DNA of 64,000 nt. It comes from Spirochaetia bacterium. Lineage in GTDB: Bacteria > Spirochaetota > Spirochaetia > UBA9216. The stretch lies in NCBI GenBank assembly GCA_963677925.2, contig CAXXYH010000003.1, positions 320,001 through 384,000 on the forward strand. The letters are read 5' to 3'. The notes beneath the pieces are model-generated. The model did no database searches, was not told the origin of the DNA, and saw only the letters and a program-made list of their open reading frames with translations. The translations under genes and the position numbers were made by a program. This document shows, piece by piece, positions 29,763 to 40,021 of this stretch. The stretch's first letter is position 1. Each line of letters starts with the position of its first letter.

Positions 29763-31061
29763 ATGTCTAATAACAGCAAACAGGATATGCAGAAGCAGTA
29801 TCTGTGTGAAGAAGTACCCCCTTTTAACATTGCAACTGCAATGGAAGAGGCTTCACGCTGTCTTCTCTGTCTTGACGCACCATGTTCCCAGGATTGTCCG
29901 GCCGGAACAAACCCGGGAGACTTTATAAGATCTATAAGGTTCAGAAACTTCAAAGGTGCAGCGGAGATAATTCGAACCAACAATGTGCTAGGCGGAATCT
30001 GTGCAAGAGTCTGTCCATATGAAGTACTTTGTGAAAAAGCCTGTTCAAGAACAGGAATCGACAAACCTATACAGATAGGCAGACTTCAGAGGTTCGCTAC
30101 AGATTATGAAAAAGCAACCGGATTCAAGGCACTCGAAAAGGTCGATGCTACAAAAGACAAGGTAGCAATGATTGGTTCGGGACCGGCATCTCTGACATGT
30201 GCTGCAGAACTTGCACAAAAAGGTTATCGGGTAACCATTTTTGAAGAAAAAGCAATACCTGGCGGTGTTCTATCCTACGGAGTTGTTCCTGCAAGACTTC
30301 CTCAGTACATCGTTGATGAAGAAGTTCAGCTCATTAAAGATCTTGGCGTTGAAATCGTATGCAATACAAAGATCGGTAAAGATAAAACTATCGATCAGCT
30401 GAAAGCTGATGGTTTTAAAGCTTTTTTTATCGGAGCAGGTATCCAGGCTCCCAAATCACTTGATATTCCCGGTGTTGACCTTGATGGAGTAACAAATGCA
30501 GTAGAATATTTAGGTGCAGCTAAACCGTCTGAAGGCAATATAGAACCGGGTAACAAGGTTGTAGTACTCGGCGGAGGTGATGTTGCCATGGACTGTGCCA
30601 CAACTGCACGGCTGCTTGGTGCAGAAAAGGTAATGATTCTCTATAGAAGAACCAGAGAGGAAGCACCTGCACATAAAACCGAAATGAATTATGTTGAATC
30701 ACTTGGTGTTCATATGCATTACGGATTTACACCGGCAGAGATTATAGGAAAAGACGGGAAGGTTGTTGGTATCAAGGGAGAAGGCTTCAGAGATTCATCA
30801 AAAATCGAGCTTGAATGTGACAAAGTCATTTTTGCCATTGGTCAGGCACCTGATCCTTCAGTAAAGGACATCGCAGATATAAATTTCGGTCCTAAAAATA
30901 CAATAGTTGCAGACGAAAGCAAAGACTGCCGGACAAGTGTTCCGTACATCTTTGCAGGCGGCGATATAGTAAACGGCGGAAAAACAGTTGTTCAGGCTGT
31001 TGCCGTAGGTAAAGTTGCTGCCGAAAATATCGACAAATATCTCACAAAGGAGGCAAAGTAA
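29763..31061 (+). CDS. preT: Dihydropyrimidine dehydrogenase FAD/Fe-S subunit (PreT/PydX, GltD-like)
   Basis: [45 protein letters not shown]; directly upstream of preA. Confidence 0.92.
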   Translation: MSNNSKQDMQKQYLCEEVPPFNIATAMEEASRCLLCLDAPCSQDCPAGTNPGDFIRSIRFRNFKGAAEIIRTNNVLGGICARVCPYEVLCEKACSRTGIDKPIQIGRLQRFATDYEKATGFKALEKVDATKDKVAMIGSGPASLTCAAELAQKGYRVTIFEEKAIPGGVLSYGVVPARLPQYIVDEEVQLIKDLGVEIVCNTKIGKDKTIDQLKADGFKAFFIGAGIQAPKSLDIPGVDLDGVTNAVEYLGAAKPSEGNIEPGNKVVVLGGGDVAMDCATTARLLGAEKVMILYRRTREEAPAHKTEMNYVESLGVHMHYGFTPAEIIGKDGKVVGIKGEGFRDSSKIELECDKVIFAIGQAPDPSVKDIADINFGPKNTIVADESKDCRTSVPYIFAGGDIVNGGKTVVQAVAVGKVAAENIDKYLTKEAK

Positions 31062-31063
31062 TC

Positions 31064-32371
31064 ATGGTAAAGAGAAAACATGCAGATTTATCAGTTGATT
31101 TTTGCGGATTTAAATGTGAAAACCCGTTCTTCCTTTCTTCTTCACCGGTAGCAGCCACCTATGAGATGTGCGCTAAATTCCTTGAAGCAGGCGGCGGCGG
31201 AGTTGTTTTTAAAACTATAGGAACTTACATTCCTGATGAATGTTCCCCGCGTTTTGACCATGTTAGAAAAGAAGGCGAACCATTTGTCGGCTTTAAAAAT
31301 ATGGAACAGATTTCAGATCATCCTTATGAGGAAAACCTTGAATTCCTTCGCAAACTTAAAAAAGACTTTCCTACCAAATGTCTTATTGTTTCAATAATGG
31401 GAATGAATGAAGATGACTGGACAAGACTTGCCAAGGATGTAACTGAAGCCGGCGCAGATATAATTGAATGTAACTATTCATGTCCTCAGATGACCCAGGA
31501 AAACATGGGTTCTGATGTAGGTGCTAATCTTGAGCTTATTGAAAGCTTTACCAAAGCTACCCTCAAAGGAACTAACCTTCCTGTTATGCTTAAGATGACC
31601 CCTAATATTGAAAAGATGGAAATTCCTGCAAGAGCCTCAATCGCAGCAGGCGGACATGCTATTGCAGCCATTAATACTATTAAATCAATCACAGGACTTG
31701 ATCTTGATAAATTAACCGGGCTTCCGGTTGTTAACGGAAAATCATCAATCTCAGGCTATTCAGGAAAAGCTGCAAAACCAATTGCCCTTAGATTCATAGC
31801 TCAGATGAAACAGGATGAAGTTCTAAAAGATATTCCTATCAGCGGAATCGGCGGAATTGAAACCTGGGAAGACTGTGCAGAATTCCTTCTTCTTGGATGT
31901 ACAAACCTGCAGTTCACAACTTCTGTTATGCAGTACGGATTCAGGATTGTTGAAGACATGATCAGCGGTCTTTCAATCTGGATGGAAGAGAAAGGATTTA
32001 AATCAATTGATGACTTCGTAGGTCTTGCAGTTAAAAGTATCGTACCTGCCGAAGAACTCGATAGAGATTTCAAGGTTTACCCGCAGATCGATTACGATAA
32101 ATGTGTAAGCTGCGGCAGATGCTATGTATCCTGTTTTGACGGAGCTCATCAGGCGATCACCTGGGATCAGGAAAATAGAAAAGTCGCCATTGATGAAGAT
32201 AAGTGTGTAGGCTGTCATCTCTGTCTGCATGTATGTCCGGTTGCCGGCTGTATAACTCCGGGCAAAGTTGTTTTCAAACCCGAAGATCAGTTCGGAAAAG
32301 GAAGCGAAGCAGTATATACAGAAAATGCTCCTTGTAAACGCGAAATAGTTGTCGGGGAGTATGACCAGTAA
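31064..32371 (+). CDS. preA: Dihydropyrimidine dehydrogenase FMN subunit (PreA/PydA)
   Basis: [46 protein letters not shown]; two C-terminal 4Fe-4S motifs. Confidence 0.95.
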   Translation: MVKRKHADLSVDFCGFKCENPFFLSSSPVAATYEMCAKFLEAGGGGVVFKTIGTYIPDECSPRFDHVRKEGEPFVGFKNMEQISDHPYEENLEFLRKLKKDFPTKCLIVSIMGMNEDDWTRLAKDVTEAGADIIECNYSCPQMTQENMGSDVGANLELIESFTKATLKGTNLPVMLKMTPNIEKMEIPARASIAAGGHAIAAINTIKSITGLDLDKLTGLPVVNGKSSISGYSGKAAKPIALRFIAQMKQDEVLKDIPISGIGGIETWEDCAEFLLLGCTNLQFTTSVMQYGFRIVEDMISGLSIWMEEKGFKSIDDFVGLAVKSIVPAEELDRDFKVYPQIDYDKCVSCGRCYVSCFDGAHQAITWDQENRKVAIDEDKCVGCHLCLHVCPVAGCITPGKVVFKPEDQFGKGSEAVYTENAPCKREIVVGEYDQ

Positions 32372-32445
32372 ACAATAAGAATTCAATTAAGAAACATTTA
32401 TTGTTTAAGAGTAAACCAATATTCATAATACAATTTCTGATTTCG

Positions 32446-32476
32446 GCTGACCGGCAACCCCGGTCAGCTTTTTTTT
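32446..32476 (+). terminator. Intrinsic terminator after preA
   Basis: gctgaccgg-caacc-ccggtcagc followed by a T-run. Confidence 0.85.
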
Positions 32477-33395
32477 ATTTTGGCAAAAATATCGATAGAA
32501 ATGACTTTTTATCTTCAGTTCTTTTATTAAAACCTTCAATAGGCGTGTTCATCAAATATCCCATAACAAGCTGTTCTGCATTTTCCCTGTTATCGTTGTT
32601 ATTGAAGATAAACTGATATTCATCAAGATATTCCTGAAGGAACTGCTCTGAGACATTATGATGACCGTTTCTAAGTCCGTATTTAACATCCTGCAGAACA
32701 ATATGAATATTCATAAACTTTCCGCCGTAAGCGGTGATGGAGCTTTTCTGTTTAAACCTGTTTAATTCGAGCCAATTTCTTAAATACAGTTTTTGAGGGT
32801 CAACGATAAATACTGTATTTTTATCAAAATTCTTTTTAAAATAATCCTTTATATTCATTTCATCAGGATTTTTAACCATTCTAAGAGAAAGCCTTTTCTC
32901 ACCTGACATTTCAAGAGCTCCAAGAATACTTACTTTCCGGTAATCCTCTCCCTGCCCTCTTTTTATAATTTCATCAAACTCAACTTCTCCCACCAAATGT
33001 TCATCCTCTCTGTGAAAAGAGATTGCATACCTGATTTTTCTTAGTGCATTCCAGGCACTTCTGTAAGATCCCAGCGGGATCTCCCTGAATATTGTTTTTG
33101 CTGTTATAACCCTGTCGGCTGAATTGATCATCAGTTTGATTATACCTGACCATTGCTCAAGGCTTATATGAGATCGGTGAAGCATTGTCCCGGCAAGCGG
33201 TGATTTTTCAGATCGGCAATGTCTGCATACGGCAATTCTTTTTACAGGCTTTTCCCAGAATTCCTTCCCTCCGCAATTTTTGCAGACCATCCCTTCCGGA
33301 AACTTTAATTGAATTAAATTTTCAAAAGATTCCTGTTCTTTATGGTAATTTATGTTCTTTTTCATAATTTTTTGAATTTTAACATTGTTTTTCAA
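32475..33395 (-). mobile_element. IS1595-family (ISXO2-like) transposase, divergent and possibly domesticated
   Basis: Zn ribbon (KFPEGMVCKNCG...CRHC), AGTMLHRSH, SYRSAW..LRKIR, LVGEVEFDE, LQEYLDEY; no paired TIRs seen. Confidence 0.75.
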
Positions 33396-33514
33396 TATTG
33401 TGGTACTAAAGTGGATATGTTAGAGAATTTTCTGTATTGACAGTTTTTTTCTTTCACATTTAACCTGAATTAGAGTTATGCATTACTCAAAAAATAAAAA
33501 TATTCGGAGGAAAA

Positions 33515-33649
33515 ATGTTTGGTTTACCACCGGTAACAGCCCTTGTGCTGTTTGGTTTCCCGCTTTTCTGGCTTGTCTATACATTGATATTTTTCGTCAA
33601 AACCAGGAACTGGGTTGAAGACTCTGAAAAACAGGGAGGAAAGGAATAA
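33515..33649 (+). CDS. 44-aa single-TM protein coupled to the SSS symporter (absent from the ORF track)
   Basis: GGAGG RBS, MFGLPPVTALVLFGFPLFWLVYTLIFFVKTRNWVEDSEKQGGKE, TAATG overlap with the next gene. Confidence 0.75.
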   Translation: MFGLPPVTALVLFGFPLFWLVYTLIFFVKTRNWVEDSEKQGGKE

Positions 33650-35196
33650 TGAATCCTGTCGTCCTCGTATTTTTAATTATTTATTATGTGGTTGTTGTCC
33701 TAATCGGCTTTTGGGCCGTTAAAAAAGGCGGAGCCAAAGATCTTGAAGGTTATCTTCTTGGCGGCCGTCAGGTCGGCCCGCTGGTAACAGCAATGACTCT
33801 GCAGTCCACTTCCATGAGCGGTTACATGTTCCTGGGAGGCGGTTCTGAAGGATTCAGGGCCGGATACTGGGCAATATGGTATGCTTCAGGCGATATAGGA
33901 GGCGGTGTTGTCAATCTGTCTGTTATAGGCCGGAGAATGCGTAAACTGTCAAAAATACTCGGGTCTCTTACTTCAATAGAATATCTTGAACATCGGTATC
34001 CGCATCCTGCTACCAGAATTATCAGCGGAGGTCTTTCGGTCTTCCTTCTATATTTTTACGTTCTGGCACAGTTTATTGCCGGAGGAAAAGGTATGGCACT
34101 CGTTACAGGCCTTCCATACGGTGCGGCTCTAACTATTGCTGTAGGCATCATTATGCTGTACACATTCCTTGGCGGTTATTTTGCTGTTGCTTATACTGAC
34201 TTTTTCCAGAGTCTTGTGATGATTGTTGGTATGCTCTGGATATTTATTGCAACGCTTGTAAATGTAGGAGGTTTCACTGCTGCTAATATTGCAATTGGAG
34301 AACTTGATCCAACCTATCTTTCGATATGGGGAAAGGATCTTCAGTTTCATAACAACTGGGGAGAGATTTTAGGTGCAGTATTAATATTCTCAGTAGGTTA
34401 TATGGGATGGCCTCATGTTGTTACAAGACATATGGCAATGAAGAGTCCTAAAACTGCACGTATGGCAGCTGTTTATTCCACTATCTGGAATCTTTTCTTT
34501 GTCACAGCCCCCTATCTGCTCGGTATTTTCGCAATTCTTATTCTACCGAATCTTGCAGACCCTGAAATGGCAATCTTCACACTGGCACAGGAACTTCTGC
34601 CTCCTGCTGTAACCGGAATTGTTATGGCCGCAATAATGGCTGCCATTATGTCAACTGCAGATTCGATTCTTCTACAGGTCGGAACTATTGCTTCCAGAGA
34701 TATATTCCAGCGGTTCATTAACCCGAAAGCCTCTGACAGCCAGATGGTATGGGTTTCAAGATTTCTGGTAGCCGGAATGGGAATTATCGGCTTGGTAGTT
34801 GCCCTTGTAAGTCCTCCGGGAGTCTTTTCAATAGTTACTTTTACCACATCAGTTCTTGGTAGCGCCTTCCTGCCGGCATATGTATGTGCCGTGTGGTGGA
34901 AAAAAGCAAACACAAAGGGTGCTCTGGCTTCAATAGTCGGCGGTGCTTTAATGGCATTTATCGCCAAAAAGACATCAATTCCGCTGCACCCGATGCTTGC
35001 AGGACTTATTGTTTCATGGCTGCTGATGATAGTTGTCAGCCTTGCAACACAGAAATCATCACCAGTTGCAGAGCATATTATTAAGGCAATGAATGAGGCT
35101 GCAAGTTTAGGCCCCATCCCAAAAGAAATGCTTGCCAATGCTGATTTCGATCTCTCAGGTGAGGCAAGTGCCATCAATAAAAAATTAAAAAGCTGA
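33649..35196 (+). CDS. Sodium:solute symporter (PutP/SSS family)
   Basis: YLLGGRQVGP, SMSGY, YTFLGG..AVAYTDFFQ, GWPHV, AAIMSTADS. Confidence 0.92.
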   Translation: MNPVVLVFLIIYYVVVVLIGFWAVKKGGAKDLEGYLLGGRQVGPLVTAMTLQSTSMSGYMFLGGGSEGFRAGYWAIWYASGDIGGGVVNLSVIGRRMRKLSKILGSLTSIEYLEHRYPHPATRIISGGLSVFLLYFYVLAQFIAGGKGMALVTGLPYGAALTIAVGIIMLYTFLGGYFAVAYTDFFQSLVMIVGMLWIFIATLVNVGGFTAANIAIGELDPTYLSIWGKDLQFHNNWGEILGAVLIFSVGYMGWPHVVTRHMAMKSPKTARMAAVYSTIWNLFFVTAPYLLGIFAILILPNLADPEMAIFTLAQELLPPAVTGIVMAAIMAAIMSTADSILLQVGTIASRDIFQRFINPKASDSQMVWVSRFLVAGMGIIGLVVALVSPPGVFSIVTFTTSVLGSAFLPAYVCAVWWKKANTKGALASIVGGALMAFIAKKTSIPLHPMLAGLIVSWLLMIVVSLATQKSSPVAEHIIKAMNEAASLGPIPKEMLANADFDLSGEASAINKKLKS

Positions 35197-35213
35197 TAAG
35201 CTCATAAATCCCT

Positions 35214-35248
35214 GGAACTCCCCTTACAAATCAGGGGAGTTCCTTTTT
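35214..35248 (+). terminator. Intrinsic terminator
   Basis: ggaactcccct-N-aggggagttcc-ttttt. Confidence 0.8.
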
Positions 35249-35260
35249 CGGAGTTATTTA

Positions 35261-35746
35261 TTGTATATCGACGCTATTGAATCGACTATAACAAGAGAAG
35301 ACGCGGCCTCTATCCTGCAGGCAAAAACTGCCAGCATAATTCCCAGAGTTCAGAAACTGATATACTACCCTTATTACTGGGTATTTTTTTCTTTCAGAGT
35401 AAAAACTCTTTTCGGAATGGGCCGGGAAAATAAAGCATCATGTCTTGTCGATATGATTAATAATCAGGCATCAACAACTGATTCCTTTAAACATTTTGAA
35501 GTTGAAGTCCCTGATGAAAATATCCTTGAGAGTGATTTCAGCCGGGAGGAATCCTTAAAAACTGCCAGAACATATCTTAACCATGCCGCCATGCATAAAA
35601 TGAAGGCACTGGTAGTTCCGCAGGCAGAAATTATTGAAGAAAAAAAAATACATAAACCTTTCTGGATAGTAAAATGTTTTAACCAGGATAACAGTCATTT
35701 CACCATGATTGTTGATGCCGTAACAGGCAAATATCAGAATTTATAG
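35261..35746 (+). CDS. Hypothetical protein (YYPYYW...KPFW...IVDAVTG)
   Basis: 161-aa ORF, TTG start after GGAG, protein-like composition. Confidence 0.65.
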   Translation: MYIDAIESTITREDAASILQAKTASIIPRVQKLIYYPYYWVFFSFRVKTLFGMGRENKASCLVDMINNQASTTDSFKHFEVEVPDENILESDFSREESLKTARTYLNHAAMHKMKALVVPQAEIIEEKKIHKPFWIVKCFNQDNSHFTMIVDAVTGKYQNL

Positions 35747-35755
35747 GAGATATCT

Positions 35756-36538
35756 ATGCTGAAGTTCCTTTTTTTACCAGGTGCGCTTTTTCTCGGTGTT
35801 ATCCTGCTCAGGGTGGTCATCCCCTATATCTCAACTGCCGGCTGGAAAAGACTGCTGGACAGTTCACGATATGCAAAATTTCATAAAGACTTTCCAAAAG
35901 CAGATAAACTGCTGGAGAAGGCTGTTGAAAAGTATCCGGGCCAGCCTGAAGTATATCTTGAATATTTTCTCAACCATAGCGACACAAAGAATATAGCACA
36001 GAGATTCAGCATACTGAAAAATGGATATGAAAAAACAAAGGATACCGCTCTTGCCTTTTTCTTAGGTTCAACCTACCTTGAGCATGGAGATTTTGAATCA
36101 GCCGAGTTCTACCTCAGCAGCCCTGAATGCAGGGCATATATGCAGGCCAGACGTCTCACCTTGCTTCCTCAACTGTATTACGAACAGGGGCGCCACACTG
36201 AAGCTGAAAATGAATTTATAGATTTCTATTCAAATTTATTCGGTATTGCAAAAAAAGATTTTGAAAACAGCCTTGATCGCCTTTCACCCCAGGAACTGCT
36301 TACCCTTGCTATGATAAAAAAGGAATCTGGAAGTGACTATTCCGAAATACTGGAACTGGCACCAAAAAGCAGTTTTCATTCTGATATGAGCTGGAAGGAT
36401 CTTCTACAGTCCCTTAAAGAAAGTTTCAACGCTCTTGAACCGGCAGTTACAGGTATTAATGGCGATCCCGGAGAGTTCAACCGGCGAAGAAAGGATTATT
36501 ACAGCAGGCGGATTCAGCTTATTGAATCATATCTATAA
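35756..36538 (+). CDS. Membrane-anchored TPR-like protein
   Basis: N-terminal TM, TPR-like helices (LEKAVEKYP, LGSTYLEHGDFESAEFYL, LYYEQG); AGGAG RBS. Confidence 0.65.
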   Translation: MLKFLFLPGALFLGVILLRVVIPYISTAGWKRLLDSSRYAKFHKDFPKADKLLEKAVEKYPGQPEVYLEYFLNHSDTKNIAQRFSILKNGYEKTKDTALAFFLGSTYLEHGDFESAEFYLSSPECRAYMQARRLTLLPQLYYEQGRHTEAENEFIDFYSNLFGIAKKDFENSLDRLSPQELLTLAMIKKESGSDYSEILELAPKSSFHSDMSWKDLLQSLKESFNALEPAVTGINGDPGEFNRRRKDYYSRRIQLIESYL

Positions 36539-36573
36539 AAAAACCGCCGAATTTCTCCGGCGGTCGGTTTTTT
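36537..36573. terminator. Bidirectional terminator
   Basis: A-run-accgccg-N8-cggcggt...T-run between convergent genes. Confidence 0.65.
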
Positions 36574-36588
36574 CAGATTTATTTAATC

Positions 36589-37911
36589 CTACAGCAGGTT
36601 CTCATCTACCCAGGTAGCAACCTTATCAAGGATATCAAAGGCTTCCTGAAGTTCAGCTTCTGTAATAATAAGAGGTGGTGAAACTGCAACCATATTTTCA
36701 TGTGAATATGTTACAAAACCGTTTTCTCTTAATTTACCAAGTATCTGTTTCATAAGACCTTTAGGATCTTTTGCATAAGGAACAAGCGGTCCATTGTTTT
36801 TATCAACAAACTCAACCATACCGAAAAGGCCGATATTTCTGCAGGGACCGACTGACGGATGCTTAGCCTGAAGTTCTGCCATCATCTTAGCCATCACAGG
36901 CCCCATCTTTTTGGAATTGTTAATTAGATCAAGTTCTTTGTAAACTTCAATTGTAGCAATACCGGCTGCACATCCAAGAAGGTGTGCGCTGTATGTAAGA
37001 CCGCAGTAGAGAACATTATCTTCAAAATGTTCAGCAATCGCTTTAGAAACTATTGCACCGCCGATTGGAGCATAACCGCATGTAACACCCTTTGCAAAAG
37101 TTACGATATCCGGCTTAACATCCCAGTTCATGAATGCAAACCATTCCCCGGTTCTTCCCCAGCCTGCCATAACTTCATCACAGACCATCATAATACCGTA
37201 TTTATCGCAAAGTGCTCTGACACCTTCAAGGTAACCCTTCGGCGGAATGAGAACACCGTTAGAACCAACTACAGTCTCAAGGAAAATAGCGGCAACATTG
37301 TTTTCGCCTTCCCAGATAATCTGTTCTTCAAGCTTTGCAAGACAGTATTTTGAATACTCTTCTTCGCTGCCGAATTTAATTACCGGTTCTCTTTCAATAT
37401 ACGGATTAAAGAATTTTACAAAACCGGCTATACCAGGTTCTGAAGGAAATCTTCTTGGTTCACCTGTAAGGTTTGCTGCACCATAGGTTGCACCGTGGTA
37501 TGATCGGTAACCGCTGAAAATCTTCTGCTTACCGGTAACCATTCTTGCAATCTTGATTGCATTCTCGTTTGCTTCCGCACCTGCGTTTGTAAAGAAGATT
37601 TTTCCCATAAAAGGAACAATTTCTTCAATGATTTTTCTTGCAAGTTCAGATCTTACATCAACTGCGTAAGCAGGTCCGATAAACGGCATTTTTTCAGCCT
37701 GGTCCTGAATAGCCTTGATGATCTTCTTGTTTCCATGACCAACGTTCATGTTAACAAGCTGAGATGACATATCATAGTATTTTTTACCATCTGCATCCCA
37801 GAAAAAGATTCCTTCCGCCTTATCAACCACTATTGGATTTAGTGCTTTCTGAGAACTCCATGAATGTAAATTGTATTTCTTATCTAGAGCCCTTATCTCT
37901 TCACCAGCCAT
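36589..37911 (-). CDS. Class III (omega-amino acid) PLP aminotransferase; putative beta-alanine or taurine aminotransferase
   Basis: LHSWSSQ, DMSSQLVNMNVGH, GAEANENAIK, SYHGAT, DEVMAGWGRTG, DIVTFAKG, GLTYSAH. Confidence 0.9.
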   Translation of the reverse strand: MAGEEIRALDKKYNLHSWSSQKALNPIVVDKAEGIFFWDADGKKYYDMSSQLVNMNVGHGNKKIIKAIQDQAEKMPFIGPAYAVDVRSELARKIIEEIVPFMGKIFFTNAGAEANENAIKIARMVTGKQKIFSGYRSYHGATYGAANLTGEPRRFPSEPGIAGFVKFFNPYIEREPVIKFGSEEEYSKYCLAKLEEQIIWEGENNVAAIFLETVVGSNGVLIPPKGYLEGVRALCDKYGIMMVCDEVMAGWGRTGEWFAFMNWDVKPDIVTFAKGVTCGYAPIGGAIVSKAIAEHFEDNVLYCGLTYSAHLLGCAAGIATIEVYKELDLINNSKKMGPVMAKMMAELQAKHPSVGPCRNIGLFGMVEFVDKNNGPLVPYAKDPKGLMKQILGKLRENGFVTYSHENMVAVSPPLIITEAELQEAFDILDKVATWVDENLL

Positions 37912-38029
37912 GCTTTACCCTCCATAGCTAAAGTTAAATATTGGTTAACCGGTAATTACTCCGGTAAATTAATTACAATCGCTGTACCACAGCTTTTGAA
38001 AAAAATCAATATTCTGATACAATATCCGC

Positions 38030-38215
38030 ATGAATAACGATGATAAAACATGCGACTACTGTGAAGCCCTTCAAGGTGACAGCTGCCAACTAGGTTATAA
38101 GCTGGAACCTCTTTATTTTTCAATCTGCTACCGGACTGATGGTTACAAACCGGAAACCGATTGCCCAGGGCCGTTTAAAAAAGGCGGCGAAAAAAATTTC
38201 CGCCGCCCTGAATAA
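38030..38215 (+). CDS. Small Cys-rich hypothetical protein (61 aa)
   Basis: CDYC..C.LGY..C..P.TDCP.P; TTGAAA-N16-TACAAT with extended -10 TG immediately upstream. Confidence 0.5.
   Translation: MNNDDKTCDYCEALQGDSCQLGYKLEPLYFSICYRTDGYKPETDCPGPFKKGGEKNFRRPE
38177..38208 (-). terminator. Terminator downstream of the aldehyde dehydrogenase
   Basis: aaaaa-ggcggcg-N-cgccgcc (U-tail on minus). Confidence 0.6.
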
Positions 38216-38228
38216 TCATTCAAAAGGC

Positions 38229-39626
38229 CTATTCGTACATTACTGTTCCGAAAAGTTCCTCATCACTCGGCATTGTATTTGCGATTTCATAAGAAACCCA
38301 TGTATAGTTAAGAAGGTGCTTGTAAGTGATGTTCTCAGAAGCAACGTTTCCGCCCCATGTACCGCAACCGAGAGTCATTGACATCGGCATACCGTTTGTC
38401 CATGCACCTGAGTTGGCAAGACACTGCGGCTGATTAACCATGATTCTTGAAACTTTTACTTTTCTACCAAGTTCCTTAACTTTCTTGTCATCAGTTGTAT
38501 GAATACCGCATGAGTGACCTGCACCTGAGTAGTCAGTAATTCTGTTTACGAGCTCAACTGCGTCTTCGAAAGTCTTGTATTTGTAAAGTGTTGTTACAGG
38601 TGAAAGTTTTTCGCCTGAGAAAGGAGCGTCAGCTCCAACTTCTGTTTCAGGAACCATGATGAAGCATTTGTCATCGCCCATTGAAAGACCGGCAAGTTTT
38701 GCGATCTTCTGAGCAGGCTGTGCAACAATGTTTCTTGAAAGTGTGTGACCATCTTCCCACATTGTATCCTGAAGTTTTTTCTTGTCGGCAGCATCAGCTA
38801 CATAGTAACCGCCTTCTGCTTCCATTGCTTTAACCATGTCATCATAGATGCCTTCCTGAATAAGGACAGCATTTTCAGTTGAACAGCTTGTAGCATGATC
38901 AAAAATCTTTGATCTTTTAATCTTGTTTGCTGCATCAGCAAGGTTTGCTGTAGTATCAATAATACTTACTGCATTTCCTGCACCTACACCGTAAGCAGGA
39001 GTACCGCTTGAGTAAGCTGCTTTAACCATTCCTGCACCGCCTGTAGCAACAACAAGGTCAGCCTGCTTCATAAGCTCATTACTGGCTTCTACAGAAACCT
39101 GATCAATGTTGATTACGAGGTCTTCAGGAAAACCGCCCTTTTTAAGAGTAGCTCTGATAGCATCAACAGCCATCTTGTTTGTACCCTTTGTTCTTGGGTG
39201 CGGAGAAAGGATGATTGCATTTCTGGTTTTAATTGCCCAGAGAGCCTTAACAAAAGGAGTAGCTTCAGGGTTTGTACAGGGTACAAGAGCTCCTACTGCT
39301 CCAATCGGCTTTGCAAACTTCAAAAGACCTTTCTCTTCATCAGTCTCAACAAGACCACAGGTCTTTTTACCCTTCATATCACGAAGAGTTCCCTTAACTT
39401 TTGAATAGATTTTAGCTACTTTGTCGGGAGCGAAACCCATTCCTGATTCTTCTGCAGCAAACTCACCGAGTTTTTTTGCGAATTCAGGATTACATCCGGC
39501 CCAGGCGACTCTAACACACATTTCATCAACCTGTTCCTGTGTAGCGAATTCTATTTCTTTCTGGGCTGCGTGTGCTCTGTCAATGAGACCGGCAATATAT
39601 GCAGCCGCTTCTTTTGGATCTGCCAT
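38229..39626 (-). CDS. CoA-acylating aldehyde dehydrogenase (SauS/SucD/EutE-like)
   Basis: PCTNPEAT, SPHPR, ATGGAGMVKAAYSSGTPAYGVGAGN, SCSTEN, EKLSP, GHSCGIH, TLGCGTWGGN; ATG 39626 after GGAGG. Confidence 0.9.
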   Translation of the reverse strand: MADPKEAAAYIAGLIDRAHAAQKEIEFATQEQVDEMCVRVAWAGCNPEFAKKLGEFAAEESGMGFAPDKVAKIYSKVKGTLRDMKGKKTCGLVETDEEKGLLKFAKPIGAVGALVPCTNPEATPFVKALWAIKTRNAIILSPHPRTKGTNKMAVDAIRATLKKGGFPEDLVINIDQVSVEASNELMKQADLVVATGGAGMVKAAYSSGTPAYGVGAGNAVSIIDTTANLADAANKIKRSKIFDHATSCSTENAVLIQEGIYDDMVKAMEAEGGYYVADAADKKKLQDTMWEDGHTLSRNIVAQPAQKIAKLAGLSMGDDKCFIMVPETEVGADAPFSGEKLSPVTTLYKYKTFEDAVELVNRITDYSGAGHSCGIHTTDDKKVKELGRKVKVSRIMVNQPQCLANSGAWTNGMPMSMTLGCGTWGGNVASENITYKHLLNYTWVSYEIANTMPSDEELFGTVMYE

Positions 39627-40021
39627 CTTTTCCTCCATTTTACGAGATATTAACTAGGACTATGACCAAACAGAATCATACCATCACCTTAATCCTCTTT
39701 CCTCCATAGGTCAAGGTTAGAATATAAGAAAAAAACAGTTTTTTTTAGCGCAAACATTTTTATAACAAATTTAACTTGACGGATCTTCCTAACATAACAT
39801 AAAATCATTTGTTGTATTTTCAGTGCTTTTATTTTAGTTGACTTTCATCCATAGAACTGATAAGGATATCTATATAAATGATGTTTAACACCAGAAGTTT
39901 TTTTTTATCACACACCACACACACTTTCGACGAACTTAATAATCCAGAATACTGCAGCACTTTTTTATATAGGGAGTAACAGGATGTTTATCATCCTGAA
40001 AAATATTTTTTTGGAGGATTT

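Noticed and set aside
34512-35177. 221-aa antisense ORF over the SSS gene, and similar ORFs over mmdB, NCS2 and fhs
   Set aside because: Reverse-frame shadows of well-supported genes
39860-40021. Purine riboswitch or PyrR site before the NCS2 permease
   Set aside because: Only a short caggatg/catcctg hairpin; neither consensus is recognisable
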